DNA from: Candidatus Micrarchaeota archaeon
GTDB lineage: Archaea; B1Sed10-29; WALL01; WAMD01
NCBI GenBank assembly: GCA_964652335.1
Contig: CAZZDL010000007.1
Span: 1 to 32,370, forward strand
Direction of reading: 5' to 3'
DNA: 32,370 nt
The position numbers were made by a program, and so were the translations under genes. The notes beneath the pieces were generated by a model. The model made no database searches, was not told the DNA's origin, and saw nothing but the letters and a program-made list of their open reading frames with translations. Below are positions 17,839 to 28,453 of this stretch, one piece after another. The first letter of the stretch is position 1. Each line of letters starts with the position of its first letter.

Positions 17839-19506
17839 TCACACACCTTTTAGTCTAATCTTCTTGTCTTTAGACTTCTTGTAATACATATAAATAAACA
17901 CACCTATACCCACCAATATCAACAGTATAATTATCCCTATAATCAAACCGACCACTATCAAAACTGTTGGATTTGAAATTAATGACATTATATCAAAAGA
18001 TGATCCCTTCATACCTATGTACAAACTCCCATTAACATTAAACACTTTGAAATATGCTGTTCCCTCTGGAATGGTCAATGCTCCAGTTATAGCATATCTC
18101 TTATCACAATGCTCCTCATCACACAAGGACACATTAACAATATATCCTTTTGCCTGAAGATAGCTGTTTATATCCTCTTGGGTTATGGTAACGCTGTGGT
18201 CAAAGTATGCATCAAATACCTCGTCGCCTTCTATCTTTGTTGTCTCCACTTCGTCCAAGACACTTGCCATTGCTCCGATGTCGTTTATTAGTTTACATTC
18301 AACACACATCTTACCTGGCTCTGTTGAATTACCATCACATTCTTCTCCTTCAACTACTATTCCATCACCACAGATCGGAGTCTTGCTCTTACAATCTTGG
18401 GAACACGTGTACCCTTCTGTTACATTATTACCATCACACACTTCATCCCCTACAATTATCCCATCTCCACAAACAGGTTGGAGCTTACAATCAACACACT
18501 TATAACCCAAAGGCGCGCTTCCATCACATTCTTCTCCTTCAACTACTATTCCGTCACCACAGATCGGCTTAAGCTTACAATCAGAAGAACACTCAAAGCC
18601 GGTTGTAACTCCGTCTGTTCCATCACATTCTTCATTTACACCCTGGTCGTTTGGTGATTGTTTTATCCCATCACCACAGAAAGCAGGTGCAGGTAGATAA
18701 TCACCAGACTGCTCATCATAAACCTTTGTCAGAGGGAGTTCATATTCCCCTCCATCAAATTCTATTTTTATGTCTTTTATCTCCCATTCATAATCTCTAT
18801 TTGCCAAGATATCTGCTCCCATTATAACCAAGGCAAGATAGTCTCTTCTACATTCGTCTGAATTTATATGCATAACTACAGTTTTCCACTTATCCTGTTC
18901 CAATGGTTCCTCATCATATTTGTTAACTGCATTAGAATCACCAAGGGAAACGCCGTCATACAACCATCCCTTGTATGTCTGCTCACTAAGACAATATACA
19001 TAATTTATATCCGGACCAAGGTAATTACACTCTATGTGCATATGACACATTTGTCCATTCTTTTTTGACCAAGATATTGAGTTTGGATCAAAACCTGGAT
19101 TATCATAAGTCGTATTTTCAGTCCCATAATATAAGAAACCAAATACATTTGGTCCATCGTTTGCCTCAGCTTCACCAGCAGCTGTTCCAGCATTCCCAGA
19201 GTCCAAATCAATATTCAATGCCTTTACCTTCAGATCGAACTTTACATAAAATTCATCCGCAGGAGGATGTGGGATAACCTTCCACAATTTCCATGTAACT
19301 GTCGTTTTGTCTGATGTATATATCCTCATTTTTAGGCCTTTATCATAAATAAGCTGCTTTTCTACAGTGGTATCTCCAACACCATATTGAGCTACGCTGA
19401 AATGCCAATCTCCTCCAGTGTAATTGGAATAATCAGACAAAGCCAATGATATTGGGATTATTGTCAAGAACAAAATAGATGTGTAAGCTAGTCTTTGAAA
19501 ATCCAT
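17839..19506 (-). CDS. Cell-surface protein with Cys-rich repeats (Myxococcus-type/DUF4215-like), signal peptide and C-terminal TM anchor
   Basis: Four CGDGI...E.CDG repeats, an N-terminal hydrophobic signal, and a C-terminal TM with basic tail. GGAGG lies before ATG 19506. Confidence 0.8.
   Translation of the reverse strand: MDFQRLAYTSILFLTIIPISLALSDYSNYTGGDWHFSVAQYGVGDTTVEKQLIYDKGLKMRIYTSDKTTVTWKLWKVIPHPPADEFYVKFDLKVKALNIDLDSGNAGTAAGEAEANDGPNVFGFLYYGTENTTYDNPGFDPNSISWSKKNGQMCHMHIECNYLGPDINYVYCLSEQTYKGWLYDGVSLGDSNAVNKYDEEPLEQDKWKTVVMHINSDECRRDYLALVIMGADILANRDYEWEIKDIKIEFDGGEYELPLTKVYDEQSGDYLPAPAFCGDGIKQSPNDQGVNEECDGTDGVTTGFECSSDCKLKPICGDGIVVEGEECDGSAPLGYKCVDCKLQPVCGDGIIVGDEVCDGNNVTEGYTCSQDCKSKTPICGDGIVVEGEECDGNSTEPGKMCVECKLINDIGAMASVLDEVETTKIEGDEVFDAYFDHSVTITQEDINSYLQAKGYIVNVSLCDEEHCDKRYAITGALTIPEGTAYFKVFNVNGSLYIGMKGSSFDIMSLISNPTVLIVVGLIIGIIILLILVGIGVFIYMYYKKSKDKKIRLKGV
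18332..18567. repeat. Intragenic direct repeat (47 bp, 1 mismatch)
   Basis: 18332-18378 and 18521-18567 both encode PICGDGIVVEGEECDG. Confidence 0.9.
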
Positions 19507-19597
19507 TGTACACCCTCCCATAGCAGTTGCTATTTTTCTTTACAAATTCCTTTTTATTAGTTTTCTTTATAGCTGATCTATATAGCCAGAAATCCAG

Positions 19598-20002
19598 CTA
19601 CACCGGTGTAAATTTGTATCCATAATTAATTACTCCGTCATCTCTATCCTCAGATATCCGCCTGAAAACCAACTTAACTGGCATACCGATATCCACTTCA
19701 TCCTTGTCAACGTCAACTATTTGAGCGGTGACCAACGGCCCCTCTTCCAATCTAACCAAAGCTAGAACATACGGAGCTTGCATCTCCATGCCATCTGGAG
19801 GTGTATAAACAATTGTAAAACTCTCTATTTTCCCATTACCAGAGAATTCATAATCAACCAGCTTACCCTTCCTCCTGCAGTTAGGACAAACTACCCTTGG
19901 AGGAAAGAAATACTCACCACAGGTTTCACATCTATTCCCTTTTAGTCTGTACCTCTGTGGGTACCTTCTCCAAACCCCTGGAATGGTCTTTCTATGTGGC
20001 AT
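19598..20002 (-). CDS. DUF35 Zn-ribbon/OB-fold scaffold of the thiolase/HMG-CoA synthase complex
   Basis: RYRLKGNRCETCG..FFPPRVVCPNC and YGYKF. ATG 20002 follows SD AGGTGA. Confidence 0.92.
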   Translation of the reverse strand: MPHRKTIPGVWRRYPQRYRLKGNRCETCGEYFFPPRVVCPNCRRKGKLVDYEFSGNGKIESFTIVYTPPDGMEMQAPYVLALVRLEEGPLVTAQIVDVDKDEVDIGMPVKLVFRRISEDRDDGVINYGYKFTPV

Positions 20003-20006
20003 AATA

Positions 20007-21164
20007 TCACCTAGATAAAATATGAACGACAGCCGTAGCCCCGGATCCACCAACGTTGTGAGCTAGTCCTATTTCAGCTTTGTCTACTTGCCTCTTACCC
20101 GCTTCCCCTCTAAGTTGCAAGGATATCTCAACTATCTGCTTAATACCTGTAGCCCCAACAGGATGCCCACATGCCTTCAGTCCACCGGACGTGTTTACAG
20201 ATATATCTCCATTAAGATCAAACATTCCATCCTCCTCTGCCTTGCCTCCCTCACCCTTTTTTACAAATCCTAAATCTTCCACAGCTAGTATCTCCGCTAT
20301 TGTGAAACAATCATGAACCTCTGCAATGTTCACTTGCCTGGGCGTAATACCTGCCTGGGAAAATGCTTTTTTACCAGCCACAACTGTAGCGTTAAGAGAA
20401 GTCAAACTTTTCCTATCATGCAATGCCAACGAATCACTCGCTTGAGCAGATGCCCTTACCCAGACTGGCGTGTCTGTTATCTTCCTTGCTAGATCCTCTG
20501 AAGCTAAAACTACTGCCGCTGCTCCGTCTGTTATAGGGGAGCAATCCAACAGTTTTAGTGGGGATGCAACAGGAGAAGAGTTCATCACATCCTCTATCTT
20601 AATTTCTCTTTGATACTGAGCAAATGGATTCCTTGCTCCATTGTAATGGTTTTTCACAGCAACCTTTGCCATCTGTTCCTCTGTAGTCCCAAACTCATGC
20701 ATGTGCCTCCTAGCTATCAAAGCGTAAAGGCTAGGGAAGGTAGCTCCAAAAAATGTTTCCCATTCCTGATCAGCTGCTCCTCCTAGGGTTGTTGTTGCCT
20801 GGCCTGTTAAAACATCTGTCATTTTCTCAACGCCACCCACAACTACTAGATCAAATTCTCCACTGGCCACCGCAAGATAAGCCTCTCTAAAAGCCAATCC
20901 ACCTGATGAACAAGCGGCTTCAACTCTTGTTGCAGGAATTGGATTTAAACCCATCGCATCCGCAATCAATGCTCCAACATGTTCCTGCCCTACAAATCTT
21001 CCGCCACTCATGTTGCCTATGTACAATGCTTGTATATCATCCCCAGTAATTCCTGCGTCTTCCAATGCCCTTAATCCTGCTTCTGCAGAAAGCTCTCTTA
21101 ATCCATCTTCCCATCTCTCGCCAAACTTGCCCATTCCAACTCCAACAACTGCAACCTTTCTCAT
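20007..21164 (-). CDS. Acetyl-CoA acetyltransferase (archaeal thiolase)
   Basis: [33 protein letters not shown] and HNVGGSG. Confidence 0.95.
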   Translation of the reverse strand: MRKVAVVGVGMGKFGERWEDGLRELSAEAGLRALEDAGITGDDIQALYIGNMSGGRFVGQEHVGALIADAMGLNPIPATRVEAACSSGGLAFREAYLAVASGEFDLVVVGGVEKMTDVLTGQATTTLGGAADQEWETFFGATFPSLYALIARRHMHEFGTTEEQMAKVAVKNHYNGARNPFAQYQREIKIEDVMNSSPVASPLKLLDCSPITDGAAAVVLASEDLARKITDTPVWVRASAQASDSLALHDRKSLTSLNATVVAGKKAFSQAGITPRQVNIAEVHDCFTIAEILAVEDLGFVKKGEGGKAEEDGMFDLNGDISVNTSGGLKACGHPVGATGIKQIVEISLQLRGEAGKRQVDKAEIGLAHNVGGSGATAVVHILSR

Positions 21165-21180
21165 GTGTATCACGTCTCAA

Positions 21181-22227
21181 CTACATTTTTAGCTTTCTTC
21201 TATGCTTAACGTATTCTCCGTATGTCAGATATGTCTTCCTCTTTATGTAGTATTCCACAGATGGGGCTTTCTTTCTTTTCTCTTCTATAACATCTGTCAC
21301 CCTTATGGCGAATGAATCAGATCCTGCCCCTGACCCAAATGAAGTAGCCAAAATCAAATCGCCTGGCTTCGCTACGTCCAAGACAGAGGCCAATCCAAGA
21401 GGGGTTGCTCCTGAGTAAGTGTTACCAATCACAGGAGTAAGCAATCCCTGCTTTAGTTTATCCGCAGGAATCCCAAGTTTCTTTGCAGCAACTAATGGAA
21501 ACTTTCCATTTGGTTGATGAAAAACAAAATAGTCAAAGTCCTCAATACTATATCCTCCCTTCTCTAGGAGACCCTTCGTTGCAGAGATCACGTGCTTGAA
21601 ATACGCCGGCTCACCTGTAAACCTTGCTCCATGTCTAGGATACTCTTGGCCCTCTCTCCTCCAAAAATCAGGAGTATCAGTGGCAAAGGAATAAACTGCT
21701 TCAATATTGGCTAGCGTATCCTTCTTACCAATTATATACGCAGCTCCACCTGCCGCAGCTGTATACTCCAATGCATCCCCTGGTCTTCCCTGGCTAGTGT
21801 CTGAACCTATGCCCATCCCATACTTAATCATACCTGAATCAACCAGCGCCATGCTAGCGATTATTGCCTGAGTCCCAGCCTTACATGCAAACTCAAAATC
21901 AGCTGCCATCAATTCCGGAGTAGCTCCAATAGCTTCAGCTACAATTGTGGAAGAAGGCTTAACAGCGTAGGGTGGAGATTCAGATCCTATGAATATCGCA
22001 CCTATATCCTTAGCATTTATCCCTGCTCTATTAACAGCATTCCTGGCTGCCTCTACCGCTATTGTGACGGAATCCTCGTCAACTCCGGGGACTGACTTTT
22101 CCACTATCTTTAGTCCCTTCTTTATGGTCTCGGGATCCTTTCCCCAGATCTTAGCAATCTCTTCTACAGTTATCCTATACCTAGGTATATAAGCCCCGTA
22201 TCCTACTATCCCAACCATATCACTCAA
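21181..22227 (-). CDS. Hydroxymethylglutaryl-CoA synthase (archaeal)
   Basis: [35 protein letters not shown] and SFGSGAGSD. Start GTG 22227 or ATG 22218. Confidence 0.95.
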   Translation of the reverse strand: MSDMVGIVGYGAYIPRYRITVEEIAKIWGKDPETIKKGLKIVEKSVPGVDEDSVTIAVEAARNAVNRAGINAKDIGAIFIGSESPPYAVKPSSTIVAEAIGATPELMAADFEFACKAGTQAIIASMALVDSGMIKYGMGIGSDTSQGRPGDALEYTAAAGGAAYIIGKKDTLANIEAVYSFATDTPDFWRREGQEYPRHGARFTGEPAYFKHVISATKGLLEKGGYSIEDFDYFVFHQPNGKFPLVAAKKLGIPADKLKQGLLTPVIGNTYSGATPLGLASVLDVAKPGDLILATSFGSGAGSDSFAIRVTDVIEEKRKKAPSVEYYIKRKTYLTYGEYVKHRRKLKM

Positions 22228-22915
22228 ACCTTCCTAAACTTTTTCTTATTTCATCCATATCCTTCTTTGTAACAACTATCGGAATCCTCTCCACTTCGGA
22301 TATCTTCCTAGCCACAGGATCAGAAACATCGCTAAGCCCATGATAAACAACGAGACTAGGCTTTATGGAGGACACTCTTATGGCGACCATTGGACTCCTT
22401 CCTAACTGCACCCTTGTGAAGATAATTGCCCTTGCTGGGTTTGTGCCATATATCTTATAGAAATCATCTACGCTCATGTCTGTTATAGCCCGAAGGCTGT
22501 CAACAATAGTATATCCATACAAGAATATCTCTGACAATCTCCTTTTGTTTGTGATCACTTGACCTCCAATGGATCTAACAAAATCCTTAGAGTTAACTGG
22601 TTTTGGAAAATCGTGAATTTCATATATATCTTCTGATTTGTCTTGAGCAAGCCTCCTTATTGTATGCCCTCCTCTTTTTCTGTCTATCTCTATCAAAGCA
22701 TTAGCAAACCTCTTTACCACGTTTATCCCTGGAGATTTTCTTCTGTTGTTTTCATAATCGGATATCGTGGAAGGAGTTATTTTTAGATAACTAGCTAATT
22801 CTGACTGATTTATGTTAAACAATTCTCTCCATTTTTTCATTGTTGCGCCAGGGTCACTTGACAGCGCTATCTCACCAGCGATTATCCTCTTTATGTCTTG
22901 ATACTCCTGAATCAT
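22220..22915 (-). CDS. XRE-HTH transcriptional regulator (COG1709-like), commonly adjacent to archaeal HMG-CoA synthase
   Basis: IAGEI.LS..PG.TMKKWRE.F.I.Q.ELA, ISDYE..RRKSPG and [10 protein letters not shown]. Confidence 0.88.
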   Translation of the reverse strand: MIQEYQDIKRIIAGEIALSSDPGATMKKWRELFNINQSELASYLKITPSTISDYENNRRKSPGINVVKRFANALIEIDRKRGGHTIRRLAQDKSEDIYEIHDFPKPVNSKDFVRSIGGQVITNKRRLSEIFLYGYTIVDSLRAITDMSVDDFYKIYGTNPARAIIFTRVQLGRSPMVAIRVSSIKPSLVVYHGLSDVSDPVARKISEVERIPIVVTKKDMDEIRKSLGRFE

Positions 22916-22977
22916 AATAAGGTTTTAATTCCATCCCATTTAAATAATTATCGTATAGCAATACGTCAATTGCAGAA

Positions 22978-23418
22978 CTACTTAACAGTAACGTAAACTG
23001 TCTGATTAGATGTCTGCATTTCATTAGCGCTGATTTCAATCAGCACAGGATATTCACCTGCAGAGACATTTTCTACTTTACCATAGAAGGTAAATACTGT
23101 CCAACCATATCCTTGTAAGAACGGGTAAGTTTTCGTTTGCTCCCCTGTGAGGTTACTCTTTATTTTGACCACAATGTTATGTACGACTGCAGGACTGTTC
23201 TCAACCACTGAAACATTAAAAAACCATTGATCTCCAATAGAAACCTCCTTTGGATATTGGACACTTGCTTCCAGTTTTGCAGATGGTATCTCGGCCACTG
23301 GTTTTGTTAGCTTTGGTATAAAGACCATTGCTAGAATGATCCCAGTTATCAGGAAAACAGCTATAGCTCCTATGTATCCTAGCTCAATGACTCTCTTCTT
23401 AGGAAGGATCAACTGCAT
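22978..23418 (-). CDS. Membrane-anchored Ig-like protein
   Basis: N-terminal TM plus beta-sandwich (YPKEVSIG...AGEYPVLIEI). Start uncertain. Confidence 0.65.
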   Translation of the reverse strand: MQLILPKKRVIELGYIGAIAVFLITGIILAMVFIPKLTKPVAEIPSAKLEASVQYPKEVSIGDQWFFNVSVVENSPAVVHNIVVKIKSNLTGEQTKTYPFLQGYGWTVFTFYGKVENVSAGEYPVLIEISANEMQTSNQTVYVTVK

Positions 23419-23507
23419 CAAATCACCGCTAGATATAATCAAGTACTATATTAAAAGCAAAACTATTAAATTTATTTAAGTATTTATTCTCAGTATCGGG
23501 TGATTCA

Positions 23508-24152
23508 ATGGCAAAACCTAAACTGCTAGAAATAATATCCGAAATGAGAGAAGAAGGAATGAGTGATGAAGAGATAATTGCTAATTTAAAACAATTAGGA
23601 TTAACGGATGCACAAATAAAGGAAATAATGAAAATTGCTGATCAGGATGTATACTCAAAGTTCAAGAGAGAAATGGCTGATTTTGTCAGAAAACAAATAG
23701 GGAAAAATAAGGACATGATAAATAAAATTACTGAAGCACAGATATCAAAGCGATTAGATAAAATAAAATCGGACCTAATGAAAGAGTTTGAAGCAGAATC
23801 TGGAAAGCTAGCTACTGTGGTAAACAAGAAAACAGACGAGGTAGAAGCTCTTGGTAAAAGAATAAGGGAGGAAAATTTGGCTTTACAAAAGGAAGTTAAA
23901 GCTGTGAGAGCAGACGTTGATTTATTGTTGGCTGGCCCAACTAAGATGAGGTTGATGCTATCCGCGTTTTTCATGCTTGTCGGAGTATTGGTTGTGATAT
24001 ACTCCATAGTCGCAGTCACACCTAGCGTGCTTTCTCTAAATTTTTCTTCTCCTGTTGATGGAGCAATACTTCTAGCCTCCGGCGCAATGTATGTGATATT
24101 TGGTATAATTGCTTTACTCGTGGGGTTGCATTTGTACGGAAGACCAACCTAA
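23508..24152 (+). CDS. Hypothetical coiled-coil protein with two C-terminal TM helices
   Basis: GGGTGA SD, a helical charged region and two hydrophobic segments. Confidence 0.75.
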   Translation: MAKPKLLEIISEMREEGMSDEEIIANLKQLGLTDAQIKEIMKIADQDVYSKFKREMADFVRKQIGKNKDMINKITEAQISKRLDKIKSDLMKEFEAESGKLATVVNKKTDEVEALGKRIREENLALQKEVKAVRADVDLLLAGPTKMRLMLSAFFMLVGVLVVIYSIVAVTPSVLSLNFSSPVDGAILLASGAMYVIFGIIALLVGLHLYGRPT

Positions 24153-24169
24153 AAGCAAAGCTGGTGATT

Positions 24170-24718
24170 ATGGAAGTATACCCACCAAGAGAAGACAGCT
24201 TCTTACTGGCAAAATGGATAAGAAAGATTGTCAAACCCAATGACTTTGTACTGGACATGGGAACCGGATCTGGGATACTTGGAATAGAAGCAAAAAAATC
24301 TGGAGCAAGAGTTCTAGCAGTGGACAAAAATGTTAAGGCTGTGGAAGCAGCTAGAAAAGCTGGGCTGGATGCTAGAGAGAGCGATTTGTTCTCAAATATC
24401 AAAGAGAAATTTGATATTATTGTGTTCAATCCCCCTTATCTAGAGCTGTCTAAAGATGAACTAAAGGGAGAACCAATCGAATTAGCACTTCACGGAGGCA
24501 AAAAAGGTAGGGAAGTGCTTGATAGATTCCTAAACGATTGCGTCAATCATATTAAACCTGGAGGAAAGATTTTATTTGTACAATTAGAAAACAACGGTGT
24601 AGATGAAACCTTGCAGAAGTTGGACAAACTTGGGTTCAGCTGGAAGATCCTAGAGGAGAAATACATACCAATGGAAGGAAAACTCCTGGTAATACTGGGT
24701 GTAAATGATGGAGATTGA
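24170..24718 (+). CDS. HemK2/Mtq2-like protein N5-glutamine methyltransferase
   Basis: VYPPREDS, VLDMGTGSG, SDLF, FNPPY and GGKKGR. Confidence 0.9.
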   Translation: MEVYPPREDSFLLAKWIRKIVKPNDFVLDMGTGSGILGIEAKKSGARVLAVDKNVKAVEAARKAGLDARESDLFSNIKEKFDIIVFNPPYLELSKDELKGEPIELALHGGKKGREVLDRFLNDCVNHIKPGGKILFVQLENNGVDETLQKLDKLGFSWKILEEKYIPMEGKLLVILGVNDGD

Positions 24719-25802
24719 AGAAAAAATAAAAGAGATAGAAGAGGAGATAAGACGAACTCCTTACAACAAAGCTACTCAGCACCATATAGGTATTCTAAAA
24801 GCTAAGCTAGCAAAACTAAGGGATGAACTGGAAAGCAGACAAGCAAAGAAAGGAGGAACTGGTTTTTCCGTGAGAAAGCAGGGAGATGCAACAGTAATAA
24901 TGGTCGGTCCACCTTCTGTTGGAAAAAGCACCCTACTAAATGCTTTAACAAACGCAGAGTCAAAGGTTGGGGAATATGACTTTACAACACTAAATGTTAT
25001 TCCTGGTATGCTTGAGTACAAAGGGGCACAGATACAGTTAGTTGATATACCTGGGATCATCACTGGGGCCGGAAAGGGAAAAGGAAGAGGGAAAGAAATT
25101 CTAAGTGTTGCGAGAATAGGAGATCTCATTTTGATCATGGGTGAAAATGCAAAACAAATTGACGAAACAATGAAGGAGCTGTACAATGCAGGGATAAGGA
25201 TAAATAAGAAAGTTCCAGATGTCAAAATAAAGAAGAAAGACAGTGGTGGAATATCTGTAGTCTACTCAAAGGAGAGTACTAGAAAAAAACTTGATGAAAA
25301 AACGATAAAACAAATAATGTCCGCATATGGATATCACAATGCCGAAGTGATCATAAACGATGATATAGATGTGGAAGGATTCCTTGACGCCTTGCTGGCA
25401 AACAGGAGGAAGTTTGTAAAGGGATTAGTAGTCATAACTAAACTTGACAAGAAAACAAAGAATGAAATTCAAGACATTGTTAGATACTATCCGTCTGCAA
25501 TATTTGTTTCTGCGAAGAATGGAAAAGGAATTAATGAACTGAAAGAAAAGATATTTGAAGCTCTTGAGCTGATAAGGGTCTACACGAAAAAGATTGGGGA
25601 AAAGCCAAAAATGGACAAACCCATGATCCTAAGGAAAGGCAATACAATCAGAGACATGTGCAAACGGATTCATAAGGACTTTGTAACAAAATTCAAATAC
25701 GCTAAGGTTTGGGGGGACAGTGTCAAATTCCCTGGACAAACCGTGGGATTAGACCATAAGCTTAAAGACAATGACGTAGTAGAACTACACATAAGGAAGT
25801 GA
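24705..25802 (+). CDS. DRG-family OBG GTPase with TGS domain
   Basis: TPYNKATQHHIG.LKAKLAKL, GPPSVGKST, YDFTTL, DIPG and C-terminal TGS (GQTVGLDH.L.D.DVV). Confidence 0.94.
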   Translation: MMEIEEKIKEIEEEIRRTPYNKATQHHIGILKAKLAKLRDELESRQAKKGGTGFSVRKQGDATVIMVGPPSVGKSTLLNALTNAESKVGEYDFTTLNVIPGMLEYKGAQIQLVDIPGIITGAGKGKGRGKEILSVARIGDLILIMGENAKQIDETMKELYNAGIRINKKVPDVKIKKKDSGGISVVYSKESTRKKLDEKTIKQIMSAYGYHNAEVIINDDIDVEGFLDALLANRRKFVKGLVVITKLDKKTKNEIQDIVRYYPSAIFVSAKNGKGINELKEKIFEALELIRVYTKKIGEKPKMDKPMILRKGNTIRDMCKRIHKDFVTKFKYAKVWGDSVKFPGQTVGLDHKLKDNDVVELHIRK

Positions 25803-25806
25803 GTTG

Positions 25807-26412
25807 ATGGAGACTTATACTATTGAAGATGCATTTAGAGAACTGGAAGACGTATATGAGGAGATTACAGCTACGCTGGAGGCAGAAAGAGAAGAAAAAC
25901 TGAGGGAAATTGGTGACAAAGCTATAAAGCAGATAATCATCTTGCTAAACGGAGGATATACTGAAACAGCAATAAGAAAAGCGTTGAAAAAAATAGGATT
26001 CACACCTCAAGAAATTGACTATCTTATATCTGCATCATGGGAGGAAATGGAAAAGAGAAAATTCAAAGTGCCAAAGTATGCTGGATTGGTATTAATTGGT
26101 ATCATAATTCTAGCCCTAGCGTATCTAGCTTATTCAGCATTTGAAAAAACGAGGGCTGTGCCCTGTTCATCTATAGGATGCGTGGACGAGATAATCACAT
26201 GCAAGGATGGTGAGTATTATACTCAGGAAGGAACAATAAAAAAGACATATTCAATAAGAAGGATTAGTAACAAATGTGGCGTATATATCAGGGTGTATGA
26301 AGCATTGAATAAGTCGCTGATTGGAGAATCAGTAAAATGTGAATTTGATATAATCAACGATGAAACAGATGTAAATCCAGATAAATGTAATGGAAACACA
26401 TTACTATTGTAG
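25807..26412 (+). CDS. Hypothetical single-TM protein with Cys-containing extracellular domain
   Basis: Helical N-terminus, central TM and a Cys-rich C-terminal part. Confidence 0.7.
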   Translation: METYTIEDAFRELEDVYEEITATLEAEREEKLREIGDKAIKQIIILLNGGYTETAIRKALKKIGFTPQEIDYLISASWEEMEKRKFKVPKYAGLVLIGIIILALAYLAYSAFEKTRAVPCSSIGCVDEIITCKDGEYYTQEGTIKKTYSIRRISNKCGVYIRVYEALNKSLIGESVKCEFDIINDETDVNPDKCNGNTLLL

Positions 26413-27120
26413 CTACATCCTCTTCCTAAGGTAATATGCAGTTACAACAATAATTATAACTATAACAGCCACGGCTATCCATGGAAAAGACGGTGTGTGT
26501 ATATCTAAGTCCTTTTCTATGCTATGCAACTCACCATCAAATATATAACTGAGAGTGAAATGTAAAGTTGCTTCAGTTGGCTTTGGCCCAACCTTTATAA
26601 CTTCTGTTTGCTCTATTGAATTTCCAGGCATCATTATCTGTGAAACTAACTTTTCCCTCTCATAGGTATATCCAATTCCATCTATATCTATACCTATAGT
26701 AACATTACTTACAGCAAACTGACTTGGGTTCGATACACCATATGTTAATTTTATGTAAGTGTTTGGATTGGCAGTATCTGGAGTCAAATATAGCTTTTCA
26801 AGTTCTATCACCGGTTCTTCAACAATCAAATCCAACTGGGTCTCTCCAACGAATATCTTATAATCTCCCGGTTTAGTGGGCGCTTTCAGTTCTATCATCT
26901 TCTGGAAGTATTCTCCTGGCGACAAATGGACATATATGTCTTGTGTCTGATCCTCTAAGGAGACTTCAATTTCGTAGGAGCAAGGCCCAACTTCAGAAAA
27001 ATTAAGATGAAATGTTTCTCCTGGGAAAACATGTTTTTTATCAATAGATACAGAAAAACCGTACGCCAAAGATACAAATGAAATCAAACTAATAATACTC
27101 ATAGCCTTCATAACCTTCAT
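26413..27120 (-). CDS. Secreted Ig-like protein with C-terminal TM anchor
   Basis: Signal peptide, APTKPGDYKI, CARDB-like segment and C-terminal TM + RKR. Several candidate ATGs lie within 27102-27126. Confidence 0.7.
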   Translation of the reverse strand: MKVMKAMSIISLISFVSLAYGFSVSIDKKHVFPGETFHLNFSEVGPCSYEIEVSLEDQTQDIYVHLSPGEYFQKMIELKAPTKPGDYKIFVGETQLDLIVEEPVIELEKLYLTPDTANPNTYIKLTYGVSNPSQFAVSNVTIGIDIDGIGYTYEREKLVSQIMMPGNSIEQTEVIKVGPKPTEATLHFTLSYIFDGELHSIEKDLDIHTPSFPWIAVAVIVIIIVVTAYYLRKRM

Positions 27121-28390
27121 ATTCATCTCCTTCTTCCTCCTCAGGTTGTTTAGGTCTAAACTTAAAGTAATAAACTGCTATCCCTATCCCAAGCAATATG
27201 ATCAACGGCAAAACATAGGAAGACAGGTTAATTCCCGGTGATGAACATGTTAATCCTTGAAGGGCCTCTATGTCTTTTTCCGCCTTTTCTATCCAAGACA
27301 GGGAAGAATTGAATTTTGCCTCTGCAGATGAATAATCACCTGCGTCGTAAAATTCTTTTCCTGCTTGGTAGTCGGCCGTTGCCTTGTCTATGTACTCTCC
27401 AACATTCTCATACCTAGATCTAACACCTAATTCATCAAGGCAGCTTCCTATTGCATAAGAAATATCCGAATAAGATTGTGTAGCAGAGTTTATTCTTGAA
27501 TACGCCTCAAGTCCTATTCTGCTAACATCTGATTTTATCAAAAGATCCAAAAAGTTTTCATAATAATTGCTACTAGCCACATCAACAGCATCTGCTGAAA
27601 GCTGTGTGTTCAGCCAATTGTCCCAATTGTTAACAAATTCTTTCAATGATGGTAAACTTGAAGGAATTCCAACAATATCTACTCCTGTCATAAACGACTT
27701 TACTAACTGCCTATCCTCCGGAGAAACATCATCTCTCTGAGTGAAATTAGATGCTACCTCCAAAAAAGTATTCTTTTTGCTATCATAGAGATAAGCTTTT
27801 GCTACTACATCGCTAATCCCAGATAAAGACGAAACAAATTTCGATCGCCATAATTTATACCTATCCTCATCAATCCTAGTGGATAGCATATTACCTTCAA
27901 CACCCTTGAGGTTATTAAGGGCAGTTAGCGTACTGCTTAGGGTATTATTCAACTCCGTGGCTGCAGATATCATATCCGCAACATATGGCTTTAGCTCGTC
28001 TGGCATCTGCGGATAGTATGTCTGCAAAAATGTTATCTTTGTTTGGACGTTGCCTTGCATTATCAAGAATGTATCAGACTTCTTATATGGATAATCCTGG
28101 CTAGACCTAGCTACATATATACTCTTAGCTATATAATGGAGTTTCACAGCTTCATAACTAGAATTATCGTATTCCTTAATTATTGTTCCGTCGTCTCTAA
28201 CAGGTACCCATGCACTGTCTAGCTCGACAATCCAATAATCCTCTCCATTTACTCTAGACTGTATTGCTGGTTGGCTTTGTGGTGTAGTCTGTACCTTTAA
28301 TTCATCCTGGGCTATGGATATTGCTTTCTGTAAGGTTATCCCTAAAGAAAATGATAGCACAAGTAATATCACCAACGGCAAGTAACGCAT
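27089..28390 (-). CDS. Secreted helical protein with C-terminal TM anchor and acidic Tyr-rich tail
   Basis: MRYLPLVILLVLSFSLG signal peptide, TM near the C-terminus, tail EEEEGDEYEGYEGYEYY. Confidence 0.75.
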   Translation of the reverse strand: MRYLPLVILLVLSFSLGITLQKAISIAQDELKVQTTPQSQPAIQSRVNGEDYWIVELDSAWVPVRDDGTIIKEYDNSSYEAVKLHYIAKSIYVARSSQDYPYKKSDTFLIMQGNVQTKITFLQTYYPQMPDELKPYVADMISAATELNNTLSSTLTALNNLKGVEGNMLSTRIDEDRYKLWRSKFVSSLSGISDVVAKAYLYDSKKNTFLEVASNFTQRDDVSPEDRQLVKSFMTGVDIVGIPSSLPSLKEFVNNWDNWLNTQLSADAVDVASSNYYENFLDLLIKSDVSRIGLEAYSRINSATQSYSDISYAIGSCLDELGVRSRYENVGEYIDKATADYQAGKEFYDAGDYSSAEAKFNSSLSWIEKAEKDIEALQGLTCSSPGINLSSYVLPLIILLGIGIAVYYFKFRPKQPEEEEGDEYEGYEGYEYY

Positions 28391-28453
28391 AAAAGAATAA
28401 CATATACTAAATATATAAAACTGTAATGCTAGACAAGCCATGTTGGTGGTAAA

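Noticed and set aside
19521..19532. TAGCA-GT-TGCTA palindrome upstream of the surface-protein gene
   Set aside because: Too short and single-copy to distinguish from chance.
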